Of a DNA stretch of 38,386 bases, positions 10,097 through 19,300 are shown piece after piece. The DNA is from Candidatus Micrarchaeota archaeon (GTDB taxonomy: Archaea; Iainarchaeota; Iainarchaeia; Iainarchaeales; JAGVWC01). The stretch is from NCBI GenBank assembly GCA_043803815.1, contig JAZDJR010000016.1, positions 1 through 38,386 of the forward strand, written 5' to 3'. The position numbers were made by a program, and so were the translations under genes. Within the stretch, counting starts at the first letter, position 1, and every line of letters begins with the position of its first letter. A model generated the notes under the pieces. The model was not told where the DNA came from and made no database searches. It saw only the letters and a program-made list of their open reading frames with translations.

Positions 10097-10398
10097 ATCC
10101 AGCCCCTACAAAAAACAGTTCGTTTCAATAAAATGGTATGCTTGGCAAAGCAACCGTGCCTGAAATGCCATTACGAGATGGCCAAAGTTATCCTTCGGGC
10201 GGTTAATTTGCGCAAGAAACGCTCCCCGAAGCCGGCGAAAAATAAATCGGAACGATTTTTCAAGTTCAACAAAGGGTGTTCCGCGAAAAGCCAAACAGCG
10301 CATCCAGTACGGAGCTGGCTGGGACTCCTAAAAGCCGTGCATGAATACGCCCGATTCTCAAAAAAAAAAGCCGAAAAAACCGCTTGGTACAATCCCCG

Positions 10399-10411
10399 AA
10401 AGGTATATAAA
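10399..10411 (+). promoter_or_regulatory. Putative archaeal BRE/TATA promoter of the surface protein gene
   Basis: AAAGG-TATATAAA, about 45 nt upstream of the signal-peptide ATG at 10457. Confidence 0.5.
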
Positions 10412-10456
10412 GGAGGAAAATTCTATTTCATGCAACAATTGTTTTTGGTTTCATTC

Positions 10457-13400
10457 ATGAAAAAATACTTAATTGTCCTGTCCGCATTGTTTTTTTTGGC
10501 GCTTTTTTCGACTGTTTCCGCGGCAATTGTTGACGTTAATGTCTGGAAATTCGGAGCCCAAACCAACGGCTTTAACGGAAGCGACGCCAACTTCCTGTTT
10601 ACCGACGCCAACTACCCGTTTTTCAGTTCCTTTCGCGACGGCAATATCCGCGTCGATTTCAACGTTATCCAACAAGCCGCTGCGGGCGCGCACGCGATTC
10701 GGATGGACCTAAACTTGGTTCGGCGCATAGGCGGAGGCGCTGGCGCTACCGGAATCGATGACAACACCGTAGTTTTCGTAGACCAAAACATAGGCGCATT
10801 CAAACTCCCCGGCAAAAGCATCAACATATGCGACAGCAACAATTTTACAAGCACGGTAAACTGCCGAGTCGACCTTAATATTGGAAAAAACTTTTTGCCC
10901 GCCGACGGAAATTATCTTGTACGCATCAGAATTTATGATGTGAATTCCGCCAGCCAGAAAGGAGGCGCGGACGTCAATAAGGATACCAGTACGAGCGCGA
11001 CGTCAATTGGAATCGACAATACTCCGCCCAGCATAACCTGGGACGGCAACCACGCGACATGGCAGGCAACCGATGCCAATGTCCACCTCAGCTGCTCCGA
11101 TTACAATGTAACAGGGCAAGACGCCAACAACTCGGGATGCGCAACCGCCCAATTTCGACTCGACACCAACCGCGACTCTTCGATTGCGATGCCTGCTTTT
11201 TCAGACTATAACGCCAGCAAAGACCAGAATATTTTTATTGGAATCAACGACGGAAACTACGCGCTGGACTGGAACGTATCCGACCGCGCAGGAAACCGAG
11301 CCGTCAGCAATTCACTCATAAGCGGAACCACGGATTATAACCGAACCTACATTCAAATCGACAATACGGTACCTGACGTTAATGTTTGGAAATTCGGAGC
11401 CCAAATCAACGGCTTAACCGGAAATGACGCCAATTTCCTGTTTACTGATACCAATTACCCGTTTTTTAGTTTCTTTCGCGATGGCAACATCCGCATCGAT
11501 TTCAATGTTTTTCAAGCTGATTCCAATGGACAGCGCGGATTGCTCCTTGATGTTAATTTGGTTCGGCGCATAGGCGGAGGCGCTGGCGCTACCGGAATCG
11601 ATGACAACACCGTAGTTTTCGTAGACCAAAACATTGGCGCATTCAAACTCCCCGGCAAAAGCATCAACATATGCGACAGCAATTCTTTCTCGTCCCGGGT
11701 AAACTGCCGAATCGACCTAAACATCCACAAAAACTTTTTGCCCGCCGACGGAAACTATTGGATTCGCATGCGAATTTATGAGGGAGACAAGGCCAACCTA
11801 AAGGGAAATGCAAACACGGACAGGAATACAAGCAACCTATCCATCGGAGTCGACAACACTCCACCCAGCATAACCTGGGACGGCAACCACGCAATCTGGC
11901 AGGCAACCAACGCTAATGCCCACCTCAGCTGCTCCGATTACAACGCAACCGGACAAGACGCCAACAACTCGGGATGCGCAACCGCCCAATTCCGACGCGA
12001 CACTGACCCAACATATTTAATCGCAATGCCAACGGCATTTTCAGACTATAACTCCGGCACGGACAGTAATATTTCTATTAGAACCGACGGAAACTACGCA
12101 CTGGACTGGAACGTATCCGACCGCGCCGGAAACCGGGCCGTCAGCAATTCACTCATAAGCGGAACCACGGATTATAACCGAACGTATGTTCAACTCGCCA
12201 AAACCGACGTGAATATCTGGCAGTACAACAGCAATAACCAAGACACTAATTACCTGGAAAACGCGAATTACCCTGTCTTTTCCTATGTGCGCGACAAAAA
12301 CATCCAAATTGATTTTAATATCAGCAACACGGTTGGCACGGGAATCGACACCAACCGCTTATTACTGGACCTTAATTATTCCAGCCTTCCAATCTGGGAA
12401 ACCGGAACCTCCATTGTAAAAGACTTAAACCTTCACTCCCTGACCAATGTTGGTTCATACCGGTGTGCAGACATCAACTTCCAAGATCAGACTTCCTGTT
12501 CCGTTGACTGGAATATCAGCGGAGTAACCGACGGAAACTATTACATTCAAATTAACGTCCACGGCGACGGCAACATCGGACCCGACACGTCAAGCCGAAC
12601 CATCGGAATCGACAACACGGGTCCGACGGTAAATATTACTACGACCAATGGTTCAACCAGCACCGAAACAAGTTCAATCAACATTTTGTTCACCGGAAGC
12701 GATGCGGGCGCGGGCATTAAAAACTATTGGATTTCCACGGACAATTCAACGTTTACCAGTAACGGAACCAGCACCACAGCCAGTTTTGCCATTCCATTAA
12801 ATGACCGCCCCTTTTCACGCATCTATTATATCAAAGGCACGGACAAAGCTGACAACAATAGCAGCACGCAAAGCGTAAGCATTACCTATGTTACATCCGG
12901 CGGCGGAGGTAGCGGAGGAGGCAGCGGCGGCGGTTCATCTGGTGGTGGAGGTTCCGGCGACAACACAACAGGACCTGAAACCCAAACCGTTTCCGGCGGC
13001 ACCGCGGGCGAACCGGTCAGTATTATGTTCCAAAACGCCGGCAATTCGGTTTTCGAAATTATTTTAGCCACAGGCCAAGGAATTTCCAGCGGAGCCAACA
13101 TTACAGTGGACAGCAACACTTCGGCCCCGACAGGAGCACCGGCATTTGAAGGATTAGAATCGTTTAAGTTTATTCAAATTATCCCTCATAATATTTCAAC
13201 TGCCGCGCAAGAAAACGCCAAAATCCGCTTTTCGGTTTCCAAAGCATGGCTCGCTCAAAACAATATTCTGCTCGGAAGCGTCAAACTCAATCGTTATCAC
13301 AACGGAGTCTGGGAAAGCCTAGCCACGACGCATATTTCAAGCGACGCCGACAATGAAAATTTTGAAGCAACTACCCCCGGCTTTTCGGTCTTTGCGATTA

Positions 13401-13597
13401 CCGGAAAAAAACTCGAAACCACCGCGTCAACACCGCCGGAAACTCCCCCAGCCACGCCGCCCGCAACGCCACCGGCAACGCCGCCTGCGGCACCACCCGT
13501 GGAACCAGTCTCTGCCAATAATTTCCTTTTAATCGTCGGTTTGGTTGTCATTGTCCTGATTGGCGGGTTCTTTTTTGTACGCAAAAAGAAAAAATAA
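10457..13597 (+). CDS. Secreted, C-terminally anchored surface protein. Architecture: signal peptide, A-B-A-B-A' repeated beta domains, Ig-like domain, Gly/Ser linker, PGF-pre-PGF domain, Pro/Thr linker, TM helix and basic tail.
   Basis: Signal peptide MKKYLIVLSALFFLALFSTVSA from ATG 10457; the ORF-track start at 10133 runs through the promoter. PGF-pre-PGF signature VKLNRYHNGVWESLAT...ATTPGFSVFAITG. C-terminus FLLIVGLVVIVLIGGFFFVRKKKK. Confidence 0.85.
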   Translation: MKKYLIVLSALFFLALFSTVSAAIVDVNVWKFGAQTNGFNGSDANFLFTDANYPFFSSFRDGNIRVDFNVIQQAAAGAHAIRMDLNLVRRIGGGAGATGIDDNTVVFVDQNIGAFKLPGKSINICDSNNFTSTVNCRVDLNIGKNFLPADGNYLVRIRIYDVNSASQKGGADVNKDTSTSATSIGIDNTPPSITWDGNHATWQATDANVHLSCSDYNVTGQDANNSGCATAQFRLDTNRDSSIAMPAFSDYNASKDQNIFIGINDGNYALDWNVSDRAGNRAVSNSLISGTTDYNRTYIQIDNTVPDVNVWKFGAQINGLTGNDANFLFTDTNYPFFSFFRDGNIRIDFNVFQADSNGQRGLLLDVNLVRRIGGGAGATGIDDNTVVFVDQNIGAFKLPGKSINICDSNSFSSRVNCRIDLNIHKNFLPADGNYWIRMRIYEGDKANLKGNANTDRNTSNLSIGVDNTPPSITWDGNHAIWQATNANAHLSCSDYNATGQDANNSGCATAQFRRDTDPTYLIAMPTAFSDYNSGTDSNISIRTDGNYALDWNVSDRAGNRAVSNSLISGTTDYNRTYVQLAKTDVNIWQYNSNNQDTNYLENANYPVFSYVRDKNIQIDFNISNTVGTGIDTNRLLLDLNYSSLPIWETGTSIVKDLNLHSLTNVGSYRCADINFQDQTSCSVDWNISGVTDGNYYIQINVHGDGNIGPDTSSRTIGIDNTGPTVNITTTNGSTSTETSSINILFTGSDAGAGIKNYWISTDNSTFTSNGTSTTASFAIPLNDRPFSRIYYIKGTDKADNNSSTQSVSITYVTSGGGGSGGGSGGGSSGGGGSGDNTTGPETQTVSGGTAGEPVSIMFQNAGNSVFEIILATGQGISSGANITVDSNTSAPTGAPAFEGLESFKFIQIIPHNISTAAQENAKIRFSVSKAWLAQNNILLGSVKLNRYHNGVWESLATTHISSDADNENFEATTPGFSVFAITGKKLETTASTPPETPPATPPATPPATPPAAPPVEPVSANNFLLIVGLVVIVLIGGFFFVRKKKK
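10531..12186 (+). repeat. Intragenic tandem duplication with a ~843-nt period. A third, diverged partial copy lies at about 12205-12630.
   Basis: 10531-11349 matches 11374-12186, including a ~125-nt block (10715-10840 vs 11557-11682) with only one mismatch. Confidence 0.9.
13431..13500 (+). repeat. 12-nt degenerate tandem repeat encoding a (PPxT)n linker
   Basis: Encodes TPPETPPATPPATPPATPPAAPP. Confidence 0.7.
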
Positions 13598-13689
13598 GCG
13601 CTAAAACAGCCTAATGTCCACCGCAGCAATCCGGCTAAAAAAGCGGTTTTTCTCGTTTCTTTAAAAAAACTTCCTTCTTTTTTTATCGC

Positions 13690-14862
13690 ATGACCGATGC
13701 ATTCGACGTGTTAATCATAGGTGCGGGGCCTGCGGGCGGAAACGCCGGACGCAACGCCGCCGAACTCGGATTAAAAACAGCGATTTTGGAAGAGCATAAA
13801 ACCGTCGGGGAACCCGTGCACTGCGGGGAATGCCTTTCGCAATTGGCTTTGGAACGCCAGAATTTGAAGATTCCGGACAAAGCGATTAGTATCCCGGTGA
13901 AAGGAGTGCGCGTAATTTTTCCCAATGAAAAATCCTGCACAGTAACCGAACCCGGATTTGTTTTGGAAAAGCATTTGTTTGAGCAGTGGCTTGCAAACGA
14001 AGCGCAAAAAAAAGGCGCGGAACTATTGCTGGATCACAAGGCCTTGGATTTGAAACGCGAAAACGGATTATGGAAAATCCAAACCAACCACGGGGAACTT
14101 TCGGCCAAAATCGTTATTGATGCCTCGGGAATACAAAGCATCGCTTCCCGAAAACTCGGATTGAATCGCCGGTTTGAAAGCGTAATCGGAATCCAGCACG
14201 AAATAAGGGAAATTCCAAGCGACGACTATTTGGATTTTTTTTTATGGCCGGAATTCGCTCCGCAGGGTTACTGCTGGAGCATTCCCAAAAGCCACAACCG
14301 CGCGAACGTGGGGCTTGTGACCGGCCAAAAAAACAGGGCCAAGGAATTCTGCGACGCATTTGTAAAGCGCAGGAAATGGGAGAACAAAACAATCGTGAAA
14401 ACATTCGGCGGATTAATCCCTTCTTCGGGGCCCTTGCCCAAAACGTATTTTGACGGGTTGATGCTTATCGGGGATGCCGCGGGATTCACCTCTCCCCTGT
14501 TTGAGGGCGGAACGCATTTGGGGCTCGCGAGCGGAAACTTCGCTGCGCAGGTCGCGGCAAAAGCGATTGGAAAAAATAATTGGGGCAGCGGCGCCCTTTG
14601 GGAATATGAACAATTGTGGAAAAAAGAATTTCCCGCATACCATTCGCTCATGAAAGGAAAAAAAGCGCTGTATGATTTTTCAGGCGAAGAACTAAACCAG
14701 ATGGCCCTCCTTTTGCCAAAAGAAATTGGAAACATGGGGGTGGCGGATTACGCAAGCGTCGGGCTCAAACTATTCGGAAAATACCCCAGACTGGTTTCCA
14801 AGGGAATCATGGACGCATTCCAAGCGTTTAAATATTCGCGCGCAAAATATTACGGCTGGTGA
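13690..14862 (+). CDS. Digeranylgeranylglycerophospholipid reductase-like GGR-family flavoprotein (paralog 2)
   Basis: Motifs DVLIIGAGPAG, GEPVHCGECLS, APQGYCWSIPK, ANVGL and LIGDAAGFTSPLFEGG. Confidence 0.88.
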   Translation: MTDAFDVLIIGAGPAGGNAGRNAAELGLKTAILEEHKTVGEPVHCGECLSQLALERQNLKIPDKAISIPVKGVRVIFPNEKSCTVTEPGFVLEKHLFEQWLANEAQKKGAELLLDHKALDLKRENGLWKIQTNHGELSAKIVIDASGIQSIASRKLGLNRRFESVIGIQHEIREIPSDDYLDFFLWPEFAPQGYCWSIPKSHNRANVGLVTGQKNRAKEFCDAFVKRRKWENKTIVKTFGGLIPSSGPLPKTYFDGLMLIGDAAGFTSPLFEGGTHLGLASGNFAAQVAAKAIGKNNWGSGALWEYEQLWKKEFPAYHSLMKGKKALYDFSGEELNQMALLLPKEIGNMGVADYASVGLKLFGKYPRLVSKGIMDAFQAFKYSRAKYYGW

Positions 14863-14913
14863 AAAAATGAAACTGACCTGCACAAAAAAAGAAAAAAATA
14901 AGGAGGGAAAAAA

Positions 14914-15522
14914 ATGACATTCGAATTGCCAAAATTGCCCTATGCATACAACGCGCTTGAGCCTTACATGGACGAACAGACCATGCGTATTCACCACGAC
15001 AAGCATCACCAGGCGTACCTGGAAAAGACCAATTCCTTGCTCGTGGGAAGAAAAGAACTCGAAAACAAGTCCATCGAGGAAATCCTTTCCAACCTTGAAA
15101 AGATTCCCGCGGACATCCGAACCGCCTTGAAAAACCAGGGCGGAGGATACGCGAATCATTCCCTGTTCTGGGAATTCATGGCCCCGAACGCGGGCGGAAA
15201 ACCAAAAGGAGAACTAGCCAAAAAAATCGACGAAACCTTCGGAACATTTCAAGAGTTTCAGAAAAAATTCTCGGAGGTCGCATTAAACCAGTTCGGTTCA
15301 GGTTGGGCCTGGCTGGCCTTAAACCGCGGAAAACTTGAAGTGTTCAATTTGCCGAACCAAGATTCGCCATGGTCCGTGGGGAAAAAGCCCTTGCTCTGCC
15401 TCGATGTGTGGGAACATAGTTATTATTTGCTGTATAACCAGCGGAGAGCAGACTATGTGAACGCATGGTGGAACATTGTGAACTGGAAAAAAGCTGAAGA
15501 ATTATTCCAAAAAGCGAAGTAA
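14914..15522 (+). CDS. sodA: Superoxide dismutase, Fe/Mn family, with Mn-type signature residues
   Basis: Motifs FELPKLPYAYNALEP, HHDKHH, GGGYANHSLFW, FGSGWAWL, PNQDSP and DVWEHSYY. SD sequence AGGAGG at 14901. Confidence 0.95.
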   Translation: MTFELPKLPYAYNALEPYMDEQTMRIHHDKHHQAYLEKTNSLLVGRKELENKSIEEILSNLEKIPADIRTALKNQGGGYANHSLFWEFMAPNAGGKPKGELAKKIDETFGTFQEFQKKFSEVALNQFGSGWAWLALNRGKLEVFNLPNQDSPWSVGKKPLLCLDVWEHSYYLLYNQRRADYVNAWWNIVNWKKAEELFQKAK

Positions 15523-15528
15523 GCCGCA

Positions 15529-15548
15529 TTTTTTTTCTTTTCTTTTTT
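15529..15548 (+). terminator. Oligo-T tract (archaeal-type terminator) after sod
   Basis: 20-nt T-rich run just after the sod stop, between convergent genes. Confidence 0.5.
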
Positions 15549-15551
15549 GAA

Positions 15552-16187
15552 TCAGCGGCCAAGGCGATGCTGGGTTCTGTGTGGCCGGATTCCAATAGGG
15601 AGCCGTTGGCTGCGAACCAATGCCCGCCGTGCGAATCGTCTTTTTCCCGCCAAATCTTTTGGCAGTTTTGGGCCAACCGGCCGAACCGGCCTGCGGCCAA
15701 TAGAATAGCCCGCTGCAAGGCCGCCAAGTCCTGCAAGGATTGAAGCGGACAAGGCATAATGTTTCCACCAATTACGGGAGTTATTAACGCGGAATAATTC
15801 CTGCGCCTGTTTTTGGAAAGCGGGATTTTCATTAAGCCAGATTCTGACTTTAAGGTTTAAATCGTTAATATCTTCATTGCTCAGGCGGTTCTGCAGGCGA
15901 AGAGCAGCCTCTTCCAAGGAAGAAGCGGTCTTGATTTCGTGGTTTACAACATTATCACTTGTCAGCTTTTGCCGGATTTGCTCGCGTAACAGATTCTTCC
16001 ACAGGAAAACAACAAGCTCGGGCTCTTCCATTGGAATTTTATCCGTGCTAACGGAGAATGTTTTTGCGGGCTCTGCTTCTTTGGTCGTGGCGCGGCCGAT
16101 TCCAAAGCCCAAAAAGGCGGCCGCAAGGCCGAGCGCAATGGGGGCTGAAAAACGCGCTGGCCTTTTGGTTGGTTTCATAAAATCCAT
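15552..16187 (-). CDS. Hypothetical membrane protein with two Gly/Ala-rich hydrophobic helices and Arg/Pro-rich termini
   Basis: 211-aa ORF with IALGLAAAFLGFGIG and ALSASILAGLGGLAAGYSIG. TATA-like CTTTTTATA on the minus strand at about 16208-16216. Start may be ATG 16178. Confidence 0.7.
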   Translation of the reverse strand: MDFMKPTKRPARFSAPIALGLAAAFLGFGIGRATTKEAEPAKTFSVSTDKIPMEEPELVVFLWKNLLREQIRQKLTSDNVVNHEIKTASSLEEAALRLQNRLSNEDINDLNLKVRIWLNENPAFQKQAQELFRVNNSRNWWKHYALSASILAGLGGLAAGYSIGRRPVRPVGPKLPKDLAGKRRFARRALVRSQRLPIGIRPHRTQHRLGR

Positions 16188-16355
16188 TAGAATGAACGCT
16201 TATGGGGTATAAAAAGCTGGCGAAGCCCAGATAGAAACGCTAAAAAACGCTCTTTTTTGGCTCTACCTCACCAACCAACAACTGAAACAAAGCCAACCGC
16301 CAAGGAGAAATCTTTTTATAGCCAAAGCATGTACTACTCACTTGGTGGAATTCCT

Positions 16356-19300
16356 TTGAACAGCACCCTAATACCAGCAATAATAATAGTAATAGCGGCC
16401 TTGGCTTTCACCAGTTTTTTTTCTTATTATCAACTCAACGGAATCGGACTAGGAACCGCCAACAATTCAATTCAAAAAAACCTCTCCGAAACAGGAGTTG
16501 CTAGTAATTCAATCCAAAAAAGCCTCTCCGAAACATGCACAGTTCAAACCGGTTCTTTGGAAAGCCCAGTCGAAATCGAATTGTCCACGGTATTCAATAC
16601 GCCTATTGGAAACCAGAACAAGTGCCAACAAGTCGCACAGGAACAAAAACAACAAATTACTTTCTTGCTATGCGCCAACAATAAAAACACCAGTTGGTAT
16701 GATTTGTATTGGAGCAACGAAAAAACCGAAACCAGCCAAAACATAAACTGCGCTCAATTCATTCCACTCGTGCAACCGCCTTCTGCGCAAGAAACCGCGG
16801 CTGATAAAACAAATACTTCTGCTATTGGAACACAAACTACTGATGAGCAACCGACTGAACTTCCAGATAATTTCCAAGGAAAAAAGGTTACAAAAATCTC
16901 CAACGACCAAATTTTTGCTATTGGAGCACAAACCCTGAATGGGCAACTGATTAAACTTCCGGACACTTTCCAAGGAAAAACTGTCGTAAAAACTTCCGAC
17001 GGCCAAAAAGACCATATTCAAGGAAGATTTATTGTCAAGTTTGGGGAAAATGCAGACCGAGAACAGCAAATCCTACACGTGCTTAACGCCAGAGTTGAAA
17101 AAGAAATCCCGCAACTTGGCGTCAAAATAATTCAAATACCATCGGCGCCGAACGAACTTGCCGTTTTGAATGCTTTGCAACAAACCGAAGGAGTCGAATT
17201 CGCGGAATTTGATGAACTCGTGAGGCCCGATTTAATTCCAAATGACCCTTTGTATAGTGGTCAGTGGGGGCTGCAATCAACTGGTGGCATTAATGCCCCT
17301 CCGGCGTGGGATATTTCGACCGGCAGTCCAAATGTCATCATTGCGATTCTGGATTCGGGTGCTGACGCTACGCATGAAGACCTTGCGGCAAAAGTGATTT
17401 CCGGCTGGAACTTTTATAACAACAACTCGAACACCACTGATTTATCGGGTCATGGCACGGCTGTTGCCGGCGTCGCCGCCGCTTCGTCAAACAATAGCAT
17501 CGGCGTTGCCTCAGTCGCCTGGGGCTCCAAGATTATGCCAATTAAAGTTACTGACGAAAACGGCTTTGGGGTTACTTCCCTGTTCGTGCAGGGACTCGTT
17601 TGGGCAGCGGACCATAACGCCAGGGTGGCCAACATTTCATTCACTGTCAGCGGTAACCAATCAATCAGAATTAGTGCTGAATACTTCCAAGCCAAGGGCG
17701 GGATTGTGGTTACTTCCGCCGGCAACACTTATGGGCCTTCCGGTTATTCTGAGGAACCTTACTTTCTCACGGTCGGCGCGACATATTCCGACGGGACAAA
17801 AGCCCCCTATTCAACCTACGGCGCCAATGTAGACCTCGCTGCGCCAGGTACTGCCACAACTACGAGTCGTGGAGGGGGTTATGGGGGCGCATCTGGCACC
17901 TCGATGTCCGCGCCGTACGTTGCGGGCGTAGCGGCCCTTTTGCTGTCGAAAAATCCGGGACTTACCCCAAAACAGGTTGAAGACATACTTAAGCACTTTG
18001 CAACCGACCTTGGCCAGGCTGGCTATGATGAGAGCTTTGGATGGGGGCGCGTGAATGCTGGCCAAGCCCTGGCGAATTGGAACGGCACGGGCGTAGCGCC
18101 ACCCGCTCCACTCTTGGGTTTTCCTGCAAACGGAAGCACACAGACTAGCCTAACCCATTATGACTTTAACTGGTTCAATGTCACTGACCCAACCGGCGTA
18201 ACATACCGGCTTCAAATAGACAATAACGGCAGTTCCTTTCTTTCTCCAGAAGTGGATGTCAACACAACCAACACGAGTTCCTATATGAGCTTTGCCATTG
18301 CGCTGCCAGCGGGAACGTATTCCTGGCGCGTGCGCGCAACGGATGGCGCAAACAATGCGGGCGTTTGGAGCAGTGTACGAACAGTAACCAATTCACCTAC
18401 CGATACCCAGGCACCCACTATCCCCATCCTATTAAATCCCTCCAATGGAGGCAGCACCCAGGATTATACTCCTGCTTTTGACTGGAACGATTCCAACGAC
18501 CAGTACCCCTACCAAGTCCAATACCAACTCCAAGTGGACAACAGCGGTTCAAGCTTTCCCTCCCCGGAAATCAATATTACAACCTGGAATATGTACCGAT
18601 CGTACTACACGCCCACCGAACCGCTTTCGGTTGGAACCTATTCTTGGAGAGTAAGGGCTTTTGACGCTTCCGGAAATTACAGCGCCTGGAGTTCCGTTTT
18701 CACTTTTACCATTACGCCCGATACAACGCCGCCGCCCGCGCCAACTCCGCAATACCCAACCAATGGAAGCGTAACACAATCAGTTTACAATACCTATCAG
18801 TGGACCCAAGTGACGGACAACGCAAATGTGGTAACGTATCAGTTCCAACTCGACAACAGCACATCCGCTTTTCCATCGCCGGAAATTGACCTTTCGGGCC
18901 ATTCTGATAATTTCGCAGACTATCCAGACACTCTTTATTATTATCACAACCCCGGAACTTATTATTGGCGGGCACGGGCAACGGACCAAGCGGGAAATGT
19001 AGGCGCCTGGAGCTCGGTCTGGAATGTTACGGTCGCGCCAGATACAACGCCGCCGCCTGCACCAGCATTGCTTTCGCCTCCGAATGGAAATATCACGACC
19101 AACACAACCCCGTGGTTTGACTGGTCCAATGTAAACGATTTTAACAATGTCAATAATTTTATCAGTTATGAAATTCAAATAGACAATAGCGGCCCAAGCT
19201 TTCCCTCGCCCGAAACCAGCAAGCGGGTTTTATCTTCGGATTATACACCCTACCCGCCTTTTGTTTCGGGGAGTTATTGGTGGAGGGTTCGAGCATTCGA

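Noticed and set aside
9825-10163. 112-aa plus-strand ORF
   Set aside because: Its composition looks like the antisense shadow of a hydrophobic minus-strand frame, and it has no recognisable features
10133-10456. 108-aa N-terminal extension of the surface protein
   Set aside because: It crosses a TATA box, and a classical signal peptide starts at ATG 10457
10531-12186. Repeat pair as a diversity-generating retroelement TR/VR
   Set aside because: Both copies are in-frame domains, the differences are not adenine-specific, and there is no reverse transcriptase in the window
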